From Callorhinchus milii (taxonomy: Eukaryota): a stretch of 64,000 nucleotides of DNA. The position numbers and the translations under genes are program-made. The stretch is taken from the NCBI RefSeq assembly GCF_018977255.1, contig NW_024704751.1, positions 13,206,001 through 13,270,000 of the forward strand, read 5' to 3'. Positions 1 through 13,200 of the stretch are shown here, in pieces (the first letter of the stretch is position 1; every line of letters starts with the position of its first letter). The notes under the pieces were generated by a model. It was not told the DNA's origin. It saw only the letters and a list, made by a program, of their open reading frames with translations, and searched no databases.

Positions 1-863
1 TAAAACTCCATGGTCAATTAATAACAACAGGCAGTTAATAATTGGCATCTATTTTGCATTAACATGTGAAACAAACCCGTCGTTGTACTTATAAGGAGGT
101 GCAATTTGAGATATTAATGATACCCTTATTGCTATCGCTTCGCACATTAAAACAATTCATCCTTTGCCATCTGGCACAATAAAGCAATAATCCACATGAT
201 GAAAGCTGCTGGTATTAGCTGTGAGTTAGTGGTCCCCTGGTGTTACCTTGTTCTGTCCCTTAAATGTCAGACAATGCATTTCAACCGCACAGTGATAATA
301 AACAAATGAGAAAGTAACGCCGTTAAGAAAGTTTTATAATTGTCCATAATGCTGGAAGCACAATTCTAGAATATTACCATTAACATTACTTGTTTGGGGT
401 TTATTTATGTTTAACCGTGTCGATGGCAGGGCATGGTTTGACATGTGCATGGTTCGTGCACATACACAAGCTGCCTTAAGCGGTTTAATGATTTCAGTAA
501 TAGGGTTTATTCAAAAAAATTGAAAATCGCAGCATGATTTAACTATTCACCCCGTCTACATTCCACTTGATGTCTTCCACCAACTAACAGCTTACTGAGG
601 AACCCTCATTCGATCCTTGCATTTGATACAGCGCCTTATCACGTCTTTGAGATGTCTCTCAAAGCGCTTCGCAGTATAATACTGTAAAGCGAATTGACTG
701 TATATTTTGTGGACGAAATGCGGCAGCCAATTGCGCACGGCAGTGTCCCACAAACACTTGTTTGTATGGTTTACACAAATTACATGATAGACCCCATTAA
801 AACCGCTAAAGATTGCTCATACGACGATAAGACAACTAAGGCGTGTCTAGAGGTAATACATAC

Positions 864-3800
864 TCATTATCCTGTCTCCTATCGTGGGGTCTGTTGTCGT
901 CACTGGTTCGGAGACTTTGGATGGCCTGCTGACTCCAGCGCTGTTGACTGCCAGAACTCGGAACTGATAGCTCGTGTTTTCACACAGCCCCAGGACGGGA
1001 AGCTTACACAGCTTTTCGGGGACATCGTTGCATTGGATCCAGCTCTCGCTTCCTTCCTCGCACCTAAAGCCATCAGAAAACATTCCTGCTTTTTTACCCA
1101 TCCGATCTCATCCTTGCAGAACACCCATCCTCACATCACAGCATCAATCTGCTTTTGTTAAACAAGTCCCACTGCTCTGGCCTCAATCACGTTCACTGGT
1201 TCCCTCTGGGTAAAGCAACACTTCACGGTGACCATCTTGAAATTGCCCATTGCAACTCTAAACCTATGTCCTCTTGTTCAACTGTCTTGGTGCCTTTGTA
1301 TTAATAATAATAATAATTCTTGCATTTGATATAGCGACTTATCACGTCGTTGAGACGTCTCAAAGGGCTTCACAGGATATAATGTAAAGTGTAGTGACTG
1401 TGTATTTTGTGGGCAAAATGCGGCAGCCAATTGCACACAGCAGCGTCCCACAAACAGTCATGGATTGAGTGACCAAATATTTGGAGGGATCATTATTATT
1501 ATTCCTGGAAAGCGATCCACCAATCGACTAACCAAATGGTTTCTATTTACTGCTGGGTATTGTTCTTAGTTTATTTTCTCAATCTCACTTAAAACCTTGT
1601 GCACCCGGGTAAGGTCCCTGCCTGAGACATCTCCTTTCCTTTTCGACACTGAAATTGCTCAGTCACGAACCTGATCAAGTGGAACTTGCTAGGACCAACC
1701 TTTCAACGAAATAGCCAAGGACTGGGCTCCCTCCATCAGCACTTGGTGGTTTCCAGGTAACAAAGACATAATCTTGGTTAACGTTAAGTCCCTGGACATC
1801 CAGGGGTGAACCAGGGGCTCCAGTTACTGCTGCTGGGCCATCTGTAGGAAGGCAGTGAGCGTCAAGCACTGAAATTCTTCTGTAGTCAAATGACAGGGTT
1901 TGATCATAGAATCATACTGCAGAGAAGGAAGCCATTCAGTCCATCGTGCCTGTGCTGGCTCTTTGAAAGAGCTATCGCAATAGTTCCTCTGCCCCACTCT
2001 TACCCCATAGCCCTGCAAACTTTTCCTTTTTAAGTCCCTTTTGAAAGCTACTATCGAATCTGCTTCCATTATAAGTAAATACAAAATAAGAGTCAGGAAG
2101 AATTTAATTTATAAAACTTGGAATTATTGGAACAGAGAAGGTTGATGGGGAAACCTGATATGGAGTCTTTAAAAACCTGAGACATTTTGATAGAGTCGAT
2201 AGGGAGAAATTATTTTCATCTGTGGGTGATTCAATGATGGGAGGGCATTAATTTACGTTAATTAACAAAGAAGAAAAGGGGAAGATTAGGAGGACCTGTT
2301 TTACATTGAGTTGTTGGGATGTGGATTTGCCAGTGGGTGCAATGCTAGAGGCAAGATTCATATTAGATTTCAAGAGGGAGCTAGCTAGATATCTGAATAG
2401 GAATAATGTGCAGGGAGATGGTGAAAGACAGGTGAATGGGACTGAATGGATTTCTCTTTCAATAATACAGCACACACACACACACCCAATGGCCTTCTTC
2501 AATGCTGTAGATTTCTCTGGTTCTATGAAGCATGGAAGTGTTCATGAGTGCAATTCAATGTTCCACTTGCCTCTCACAAACACGTATGCACTATGTTCCT
2601 TGTGACCATCCAGTGTTGGAAGGCGAATGGTGTACAAGCCTTCATCCTCCTTGTGGATATCGCTGAGAGTCACTTTGGCATAGTAATCCGTGCACTCGAT
2701 CCCAAGGCAATCAGTCTCCACCAGTAAATCACCTGTAATTAGAAAATTTATTAAAATCACAGATGGTACCTCCTGCTCCACAGAGATGCATTAGGTTTAC
2801 CAGCAAAACAGATTCTATTTCAATGCTCACTGACCATCCCGAAACCAGGAGATGTCTTGTTGGTGCTTTGGTAAGGGCGAGGAAAAGGTGCAGACTAGGA
2901 CAAGAGAGCCATCTTCTTGAGCAAAAGAAACTTCAAAGCCATCGACAATGTCAACGTCCAACTCAACGGGACTCGCTACAGGAAGCAACAAAGTTAAATG
3001 GTTACTTCTGTGGTTACTGTACCAGCGCCTTGGGATGAACTCTCGACATGAAAGGCGCTATACAAATCTAATTTGTTGTTGTTACTTTCAGAATCTTAGC
3101 CAATAAGCCATTTTGTCTTAAAATTTAAGATGCTGCAGAAAATGGAAACTGCTTCAATTCACTCTGCGTTTGGAAGTTGTTTCAACACCGTTGTTAAAAA
3201 GATTAAATCTAAGCAGAATTTGATGCCTGTTTAGTTTGTTTAAGTAGACCAACAAAAGGGATTTCACGTCAGATTTAATACACAATACGGTGATCATTTG
3301 CGAAGAGCTCAACCTGGATTGTTATTCAGCCAGGTCACAAATCCACCAAAGACTTACCCTCTATGCTGACAGTTTCATATCCTGAATAAGTGTCTCTATA
3401 TTCTGTAAGTGATCATAAACACAGCGGGTAAACAAACTGATGTTAGTTAAAAGGACAATTTATTTACTGCAAGGTTCAAGGACCCCTGGAGAGTTCCACC
3501 CCCACATAAATCTAATGGCATATTGTGAAATGCTACATCAGTGGAAACCAACCTGCATTTGACTTAGAAGAGGGGGGAAAGGAATCACACACTGTTATCC
3601 TTATTAAGGGAGCCCAATAAAGATTGAAAGATCTTTGCTCTGAGGCAACAGAAGATTAATGCAATCTCTGCAGTACACAAGCACAGAGTAGACTTGCAGA
3701 ACTTTCCTGTCTTAGTACTTCCCTTTTGGAGTGCACTCACCATATTTTAAGTGTTTGACAGGGATCGATTGGTAGCGGTCATGAGTCCAAGCCCCACATT

Positions 3801-6800
3801 GGGACTGACTGAGGAACCACTTCATTGTCATCCAGTTTTATCATAGAATCGTACAGCACAGAAGGAGGCCATTTGGCCCATTGCGCCTGTGTCCATTTTG
3901 TTGACCTTGAGAGTGGGAAGAGCGGGGATGAGTGGGGGCGAGGGGAGAATTGAATGGATTCACTGAGATTCAAACTCAAACCTTCTGGTCTCGGGATGGT
4001 TAACATCTGACACTAACAAAGATACAGAGTTTACAGTAAAAATCACGTGAAGCACTTTGGGATATAATGAGGCGGGGCCTACTAGTTTTTACCTTTAAAA
4101 TGAGCAAAGACTTTAAAATGATCTTCAATGATTTGGAGAAATTGCTGGTTATCAAGCGCTCGAGACTTACTGTTCACTAGAACTGTCCCATAGCATGATG
4201 CCTCTCCATGAGTATTGGTAGCGATCGTACAGTATTCACCTGAATCATCCGGGCTGCATCTGGGAGGAAAAGGAGTCAATTAACTCAATCTCACGGGCTT
4301 TCTTCAGTATGTTTGTTACTATTTTTCTCACAGTATTATCCCTGCAGTATCCTGATATATAGTAACTCAGAGGCTGAGAAGGTTGACCTTTAATTGTTTC
4401 TGGGGAGTAACAATTATTAAATATAATAATAATTCCTCATGCTATCATATTTATGCATCGACAATAAGAAACAAATACCTGCTAATCTCAAGTGTCTGCA
4501 AACCAATCTTGTTCTCAATTGTGTATTTGCCAGGAACAGCTGTTGGTTCTATTAGGTATCCATCCTTATACCTAGGAACAATAAAGACAGATTTATCCCC
4601 CCAAAAAAAATCTCAGCCCCATCGAAACTTAAGATCTACTGTCTTCTGGCTTACAAATGTATATGGAGCATTAAAAATGCAGAAACCCATCACCAGGCTT
4701 AAGAGTATCCAAACCAAGATGGGATTTCCATTCATCCCACCTACACACGGGTGTCAGAAATACCAGAGATAGATTGCTGGAATGGAATGCGCACTCTCTC
4801 TCTCTCCCTGGAGGGACGCCTCCTGCTTACCTAATTCCTGAAAGTATCAGGCGCAGGTTGGCCAAAGCCAAGGGTTGGGGGCCACCCAGAGTACGTGCGT
4901 TGGTAACTGTTGGAGTCAAACCAGCTAAAACCGCTAGCTTGCCATTGATTAATCAAAGGCGAAGCCTCAGCTTTCTGAGTAAATTAACTGACAAAGTTAA
5001 TGTATCTATTTGCTATTCCCTCCGCCTCGCCTCCCCTCCCTTGCCTCCTTCAAAACCCGTCCTAAGACCCTCCTCTCCTTTAGTCTCTACCTTTAGTTGA
5101 TTTGCACAGACTTATAGTTTCCTTTGGGTTTTCTTACCATTTAACCTGAGGGGAAGGTACCCCCTGGACAATACAGGAAAGCTTAACATTCATCCTCTCC
5201 CAGACCGTGTGGGATCTCAATCTAATGACAAACTCGGGGGAAGAGGCTTCAATCTGCTCGGCACAGCGCCTCTCCTCTGCTGCCCATTTCTCTGCCTAAA
5301 ACGACACAAAATAAGCCATATAGAAATCATTGCACAAGAGAGTGGCGAAAATATGTTAACTCACTGTAGGAAGCTGTAGGAAGGTTTGCTGCAAAAAGCA
5401 CAAAATCATTTAAGAGGAGACACGAGACAGACGTAATTGGGGCAAATGGCTTGTTTCCGTGTTATGAAATTCTATGCAATTTTATGTAATTATCAACCTT
5501 GGTACCTTCCTGAGTCGTTATGTGCTCCTCAGGGTAAAGTGTAAGATCATCTTTATTGATGAACATTAGTTGCTGTATATTGCATCAGGCACTGGATGTG
5601 TTGCTAAAACACACAACAATTAGCAAAGATAATGTCAGGATCCTTTGTTGATGAGAAATGGTTACCTTGTCACGTAGAGGCTTGCGGTCAAACTTCTTCT
5701 GCAAGATCTTTTTAGCCTTATAGTAATCTATATCCAGCCTTTTCATCTCGTCTCCAAACAATACACTTCTGCCAGCGTCCTTCTCTCCTTTTGAAGAGTG
5801 TCTGATTCTTTCAGCCCTTTAAAAAAGTAGGGGGAATTTTTAACAAAACTTACAATCAATTATTAATAACTAAACACCAAATACAGTAATATCAAAGTTA
5901 CAACAAGTGCAGGTTCATTTCGACACTCTGCCAATTTTCTTTGTGGTCAAAATTGATGTTATCTGCCAGTTGGAAAGTGGATGATCAAGCGGTTTGGTTT
6001 TGATAATATCTGTGACAGTTTCCTGCATCACTATATACATTCCTGTCTTATACAACCAAGGGATGGGGGAAGGTGATTGTAAGCATGATCAAAGACTTTC
6101 TTCCTCTTCGACCACGTTTACAATCACCTCCTCCCTCTCCCCAGCTCGATGTCAGGCTCCGTCAATGTTAAGCGCTCTAAGACACTGCCCACGTGAGGGC
6201 CACTATATCAATGCTTGTTGTAGCAGTAGTAGTTCCGTATTAATATTTTAATTGCTTTTATTTCAACAATTTCCATTTGGTTTTATTTCTAACCTTTGTC
6301 TCCTTTATCGGCAAGTCCCAGCTCACTGAAAGTGTGTCAGGTTACTTTACACACCAGACAAAACGATCAGCGCCAGAGTTTTACTGAATGTAAATCACAG
6401 AGGAACTTTGGACAGAATTGGCAGGAGAAAGAACAGGGTGAATTATGTTGACTTGATATGATAAAGTGTTTTATTTTACAGCTCATGGGCCATTTATCTA
6501 GTTTGTATGCCACGTTAGCGGTGGAACCTTTGTGCTTTCTTAGTATAATTTATGTGGTGGAATCCGTCTTCGCATCAGATACTGTTACTGAAATGAGATC
6601 AGATACTGTATGTAACTGGTGCAGTATCTTCAAGGTGACAAAGGTTAAACAAAATGACTGAAGCCATGTGTTGCAATCAGGAGATAGAGAGGAAGCTGTA
6701 TGACAATGAAAGGAAATACTCGCACCATTTGTGAGACATGCAACAACCAACCCACCCACGTTTGTGTAAATGTAAATTAATTCTTTAAAAATCAGTTAAA

Positions 6801-9361
6801 CCGTTCAATTACAAACATCCTCACAAGTACACAGTAACTACACTTGACAGTATATTCTGTTAAGTGCTTTGAGATGAAACTGCCTCCTGACATCAAAGGC
6901 GCTAGATCAAACACAAGGATTATTGTTGAACTGCACAGAACTGCACCTTTTAATGTCAATAAAGACAGAAAGTAAAGTTTGCCATTAACACCTGAACATG
7001 AAATGCTTTGTTTCAATGAAACAATCCCACTCAGCCCCGAAACAAGATTCTCCAATCAGGAGAGGTTGGCTTGCGTCTAACGCTGTGGACACTAACAGAG
7101 CAATGGTTGGGACATTCCATAGACTGAAATAACTATGAAAGCTGGATACCCAGAGACTGTGGATGGAATTCTGAGGGAGTCAAATCGCTTGAATAATTGG
7201 CGGCGAGACTGCGGATTGCATGGTCTTTGACTTCAGCAAATGGTTTTAAAAGACCACAGTACAATGTTCACATTGACCTAATCGCTCATAAAAGTCGCTT
7301 ATTATATAGATTAAATATTAAGCGATGCTCGCATTAACAACAACGATATTACATGAGTGCAGCGCCTTTCACGTCGGGAGGACATCCCAAGACGCTGGAC
7401 AGTCAGTGTTTCGGACCCAAGCTGAGGGTTGAGATTGGGCAAGGTGGGGGGCGGGGTGGGGAAAGCAGGGTGGGGGGGGGAAAGCAGGGTGGGGGGGGGG
7501 AAACGCAGGGTGGGGGGGGAACGCAGGGTGGGGGGGGGGGAAAGCAGGGTGATCGAAAGCACGGTCGAAGAGGAGAGTCTTGAGTAGGGTCTAATTATCT
7601 TATTATCTAGATAAAATGGGTCATTCACTTCGTTGGCTGTTTGTGGGACGTTGCTGGGCTCAAATTACCCGCTGTGTTTGTCTACGAAATTGTCTACGTT
7701 GTCTACGAAACCCCTACCACATTTTACAGTGAATCTAGTGAAGCACTTTGAGACTTCCTGTCAATGTGAAAGGCGTTATATCAAATGCAATGATTATTAT
7801 TATTATATTTGCTGCAATCATTTAAGCAATAACTTCTAGGGAGCCTTGCTCAAGTACAATCCTCAAGTGAATAAAGTAGGTGAACACTAGAGATAATGAA
7901 TGGGTGCGTCTGAGCATATCTACCTCAACAGGGAATTCAATCTCTGTCTATCACAAATCTTCATCAAAGAGTAACTCTCAGAAAGATTCTATTTAAAGCA
8001 ATTCAAAGTGTTTTGCAGTGTTGCAATATCAGTTACCAGACAACAGCAAAAAAAAACTTAGCTCACGTTCAGGAGAGATGAGCAAACTGGTTTAGAAATA
8101 GAAAATAAGCACTTTCGAAACTTTATTAGGCACAAAGGGGCAACAGCTGATAAAATAACAACAGCTGTGGTCTCTGCAGGAAGCATTGGAACTCCCGAGC
8201 TTAATTCTGCCTGCGGCCAGTGGGAAACTACAGTATGCAAACTACTTTGGGCAACCTCCTCCGCTTTAGTTTTCATTTGTCCCTCTCTTAACATACAGTC
8301 TTCTCTCCCCGCCAAGCTAACAATGAGCAGTAGTCAAGGATGAGAACATTAAGGCATTAGCATGCCATGTATCTGACCAGCAAGACATACGTGGGTAACT
8401 CTGTCACTGTCTTTTATGGTTATTGGCGCTCGACCTACTGTCTAAAGGGAGATAACAAGAGCTTGTGATAATTGGGAGGCAGCCCTCACGGATAATTGAG
8501 CCCCAGTGTAAAGCTGGGGGCTTGGGAGTGTGGGAGGAGAGTCTGGAGAAGGCAGACAGAGGTACAACTTCTTTGCTAACAATACATTTTTCTTGTCTTG
8601 TTAAAACTATTGTGCAAGTTTTGTTTTTCGGGCATGATCCATGCTCCGCCCTGTAGCGACACGCACAAGAGAGGGTTCTAGATTGACCCTCCATTTGCAC
8701 TGACACCAAGTTTCAGCCACAAATATACAGTCAATTCGCTTTACAGTCTTTTCTGTGAAGCGCTTTGAGGCGTCTAGAAGATGTGATAAGGCGCTATATC
8801 AAATGCAAGGTTTATTATTATTATACAAGTTTGGAATGAAATTACCCACTGAGTAATGGAGAAAATGCTAGAACAATAATCCAAATATACTTCCATTCTT
8901 CTGTTGGCAACAGTTTTGCTGAAATCAACAATATTTGACAATATTTCCAACAAAAACTTCCATTTATATGGTGTCATTCATGTCGAAAGGATGGCCCAAA
9001 ATCTCCAAATTTAAATTAAATTAATTAAAAGATGCATGAAAGCATATTAAAATATGATGCGGTTATTTATTCAGTGATTTCTGAACAGATTCATGGAGTG
9101 AAATTCCACCTGGGTCTAGACTTACTCTATTTCCGTGGCATTCAGAAGAAAGATTGAAGCAAAACTGTAAATTAATCATTGGTAAACAGTAAGCTTGCAG
9201 CCTAAACTTCAGGAAGAATCTCAATGCACTCACCTGGATCCCCTATACACTCACCTGGATTTTTGACTTACAATCTTCTTCTCTGTCTCGCTCGATGCCC
9301 CTCTCATACCATGAAATGTGTCGAAGCTACCTTGATAAGGCTGCAGCGATTTGGTGGCCAT
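864..9361 (-). CDS. MYOM3: Myomesin-3 (M-band Ig/FN3 protein), 5' portion; gene continues past the left edge of the window
   Basis: Coding exons on minus strand: 9255-9361 ([16 protein letters not shown]...), one or more unresolved exons between 5817 and 9254, 5666-5816, 5138-5295 ([28 protein letters not shown]), 4479-4571 ([22 protein letters not shown]), 4171-4259 ([17 protein letters not shown]), 3358-3402, 2835-2975 ([20 protein letters not shown]), 2571-2732 ([11 protein letters not shown]), 1700-1841 ([16 protein letters not shown]3), 864-1063 ([21 protein letters not shown]). Phases join without stops from 5816 down to 864. Domain order is myomesin; the MYOM3 paralog call rests on motif resemblance and adjacency to IL22RA1/IFNLR1-like genes. 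Confidence 0.9.
1303..1560 (-). mobile_element. SINE 3' fragment, representative of many similar fragments
   Basis: Same tail in reverse. Other copies (approximate): 613-760, 8717-8825, 9409-9525, 14277-14545, 15445-15600, 18318-18445, 33710-33830, 35470-35620, 40560-40697, 48390-48545, 49915-50068, 51190-51297, 53755-53950, 62175-62350, 63160-63272. Confidence 0.82.
1903..2420. mobile_element. CR1-type LINE 3' end fragments, two pieces in opposite orientation
   Basis: catagaatcatactgcagagaaggaagccattcagtccatcg is the reverse of a CR1-type tail (also at about 3841, 39350, 43550-43740, 56815, 58007); 2120-2420 resembles a degraded CR1 ORF2 end on the plus strand. Confidence 0.65.
7443..7552 (+). 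repeat. G-rich tandem repeat (AAAGCAGGGTGGGGGGGGG)n expanded inside an L2-type 3' fragment
   Basis: About five units; flanked by gcgcctttcacgtcgggaggacatcccaag and cacggtcgaagagg, which recur in other LINE fragments here. Confidence 0.85.
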
Positions 9362-10032
9362 GGTTAGATAATGGCTTCAGTCTCCTAGAAAACACACAGC
9401 AAGACAATTATAATAATAATAATCCTTGCATTTGATACCTCGCCTTATCGTGTCTTTGCGACGTCTCAAAGCACTTCACAGAATATACTGTAAAGCGAAT
9501 TGACTGTATATTTTGTGAGCAAAATGAATGGGCCTTCTATACAGAAGAATATTTTAAAAATAAGGTTGTAAAGTAAAATGTCACAAGTTTCTAGTTGGAT
9601 CGTAATGGTGACTCCAGAGTTGCATTTTATTAAAATTGGTAACCTATAATTATTATGTACAATTTGTAATATATTCCTGCTAAACACAAACTACAAACAT
9701 CAACTATTTATTACAGCAAATTCTGGGATGATGTAACTAGTGGATTAAGATGCAGAATTAATCTTACAAAACAAATTAAGTTATCTCCACTCACTATGCA
9801 CAGCATACAATCACTTATAACAGCTTGTTATTGATCATAGTTAAATAAACTATCAAACTTGGATTTAGTTGAGATACAGTTTTGCCTTAAAAAGATTATT
9901 TAATGCATTATCCTGGGAATTCTGTCCCCTGTAACAGAAGCAGATACTGTAGTGGATTTAGCTGGAGTTTAATCATAGATTCTGGTTTTATCAGTTCCCC
10001 CAAGTGAAACAAGTTGAAAGCCAAGTACTTAC

Positions 10033-10230
10033 CAATAAAATCAGATTATCCAAGTTGAGATAGACCAACGTTGAGCTCAGAGGGGAGCTAAAGGACAAAG
10101 GCACCAGTCGTTCTCAGCTGACAACAGACCAAATGACCAGCAGAGGAACAATATGCTGCTCTTGCCCATTGTGACCTTCTAACTGTGTTATATATAGCAG
10201 CTTTGTCAATCACCTGAATAAATTTAGCAA
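10033..10230 (-). promoter_or_regulatory. Putative MYOM3 non-coding first exon and muscle promoter (MEF2/TATA composite, E-boxes)
   Basis: Strong donor (G|GTAAGT) at 10033/10032. CTATATATAA on minus strand at 10188-10197 fits both MEF2 consensus YTA(W)4TAR and a TATA box. E-boxes at 10115-10120 (CAGCTG) and 10211-10216 (CACCTG). The ATG exon has an acceptor at 9385-9386, so an upstream exon is required. Confidence 0.6.
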
Positions 10231-13200
10231 AACAGCCAATTGTTCCTTTGCCCATTTACTGACATTGACATACATTGGCCCGGAGTCCCTTACAGACCAG
10301 CTCTGTTTACCACCTCATTCCGCATAGCATTTGTTGCAAATCCAATGTTGGATTTGCACCCTCTAAAGTAGGTCAAAAGCTCCAATCAAGCTCATGACCA
10401 TAATGTACGAATGTAGTCAGGATTAAGTGCTCAGTGTCTCCAGTAAGTTATTAGTTAGAATTGAATGGGAACAAGTACTCTGGTGATGTGGAAAGTGGTG
10501 TCTGATGTTCAGCTGATTTGTTTTCAAATGAACGTAAGCTTGAGCTTCCATCCCAGAAATGTTTGACTGACAACAAGAACAACAACAAAATACATTTGTA
10601 TAGCGCCTTTCACGTCAGGAGGACATCCCAATACTGTTTGTTACACAAACAGTGCCTGGCATTGTTAATCATCTCAGTAGTCAGGTTCCTGTACCAGACA
10701 ACTCAAAGGCATTACTGATGACAGACCAGTCAGGCTATCTAATCAGCAAAAAATTGGAGGAGGCCGTGGAAGCAGAGATCCTTCCAACTCAGCAACTGCT
10801 AATGCAACCAAAGCACTAATGGGTAGTCCTAGCTGGACAAACAACAGGATGCTTGCCAGATAGCGCTTTGACTACAATACACCAACACAACTTGGCTTGG
10901 CTCTCGGGAACCTAGGCCTAAAACTCTCCAAACTTCAGTAAGCCGAAAGAGTGCACATTCCATTGGAAGCTTAAAGTCCATCCAGTTCGCCTTCCACCAT
11001 CCTGGCAGTCGTATGCACATGTCATCTCCCAAACTATATACTGTATCCCATGATATTATTTCCTATAATAAAATAATACTAAAATAATAAACATACTGTT
11101 TATGAAATACTCAATCAGGCTTGGATGCTCTTAAATCATGATGATTTTTCTTGCGCTTGACAGACACCGAGCTGACCAAAAAGCATTTGCATAATTCTGG
11201 GAAACAAAATTGATGCCTGAGTAATGTTCTTATAAAATTGACTGGAACGAACTTCACTGAGTTTCTTAAAGTGATCATGTGAGTAACAAAATGCTATGAT
11301 TTAGGTGAAAATTCAGCTCAAAATACACGTTACTCTATCGATGCGTTACTTCTTGACATACATTCTTTGGCTATACTCAACGTAGGGAAATAGGTCTTGT
11401 TCAATGGACGGCACCTCTGACAACGCACCACTGCCTCCAGAACTGCTCTGGAGGGTGAACCTAGACTCTGAGTCCTAAAGTCCTAAAAATGGGACTCAAA
11501 CTGACGATCTTCTGTCTCAGAGGTGAGAGTGTTGCTGACTGAGCCATTAAATCAAACATATGGTTGTGAGTAAATTCTTGAAACTCTACAGTTTACAAAG
11601 AATCTTGAGCAACAAAAGTAACTATAAACAGTGGACCACACCCTTTTCTGATCAGATAGGAGTTGGTTAGTTTTATCATATCTGTCTGCTAGGCTAAACT
11701 TCTTTTAATAGTTACACAACCAAGAGTACCTGTCATAAAAATAAGCTACACGAGAACTCAGCATGTGATCTCAATACGACATTTTGGTGTGCACGTACCA
11801 GATAGCAATCATTCCACAGTCGTTTCATCCATGATGCTGTTGGCTTGGGATTTGGAAGTACGAACATTTTTCACATTTTAACCAAAGGCTTTGAAAAAAA
11901 GCTGAGTGTGGGTGAGATCTAATATTAGTGTTCGCAATTCTGAAACGATTTGAGGGGAAATAGTGACAAATTATTTCATTGGTGAATTGGCAACAAGGGG
12001 CATAACTTATTACGTGAAGCTTTTTTTGTTACACACAAACGGTTATTGGATATGAATCCCTTTACCCCGAGCTGTCAATGAAGCCATTTATAAGTAAATC
12101 AGATGATTGCTTGAAAGGATAAAGGTGCAAAGGGTGAGTATGGGGAAAGAGGAGGGAAATTGGGTTGGAGTCGAATGTTCCAATGGGACGAAGGTTTGTT
12201 GGACCAAATGACCTCTTTGTGGGCTGCTATTTCTGTGATTCTATGATCGGAATTTGGAGAGTCACTTTGGGGGGTTAGTTTACTTGGGACGTCCTCCCGA
12301 CGTGAAAGGCGTTATACAAACATAATTTGTTGTTGCTGTTTACGACATTGAATTCTAAAACAAGTAGTCTGCGAAGCGTACGTGGTAGTTCACCTACAAA
12401 ACAAAGGCACTCGCTGCACTTTATAGCGAGTCCTGTGAAGCGTTTTGAGACAGCTCCCAACGTGAAAGACACAAGGGTTATTAAGTAACATTGCTGTTAC
12501 GGTACGGTTTCTACACACTAAAATGATAAACCGAGCCTCCTGATAGTACATTGGCAAATGTGTTAACAGCCATAGAGAGTGAGAAGCTAACAGGTTGATG
12601 GTGTTGTGTTTCAGGTAGTTCTCAGTCAAGGGCACCTCAATGCTCCTGGACTAGGAGACGAGAACAATGTTTGGGTTTCCACTGTCGCTTGCTTGATACT
12701 ACCACGAAGTGTGAGCCCAACAATTAGGCTCACTGTGACACTCGTAGTTTGTGCTCAATAACAACAACAACAACAACTTGCAGTTGTACAGCGCCCTTCA
12801 CATAGGGTAACGTCTCCCAGTGCCTCAGACTCCAACACTGTTGGAGTTGGACGTTGAGCAAGGGAGAAGAGGAGGGGAAATGACCAAGGCCAAGGTCAAG
12901 GTGGTAGGTTTGAAGGTGGGATTTAATGCCAGATAGAGAGGGGGGCAAGACAGGAGGGATACAGGCAGCGAGTTCCAGAGGTTAGGGACATAACAATAAC
13001 AACGACAACTTGTATTTACGCCGAGCAGGGTCTCGGAGCGCTTAACATAGTGATTGGATTACTGAGGTGTAAAGAATCCCATTTTAGTAATCTTTTAAAT
13101 CTCTCTCCGATCTAGTAACTGTAGTGAAATAGTTAACCCGTGTTCTATTTGAGTGCTCGCAGTGATCCTGTTTCAGTGTTCCCAGGGAGACGGTTGAAGC

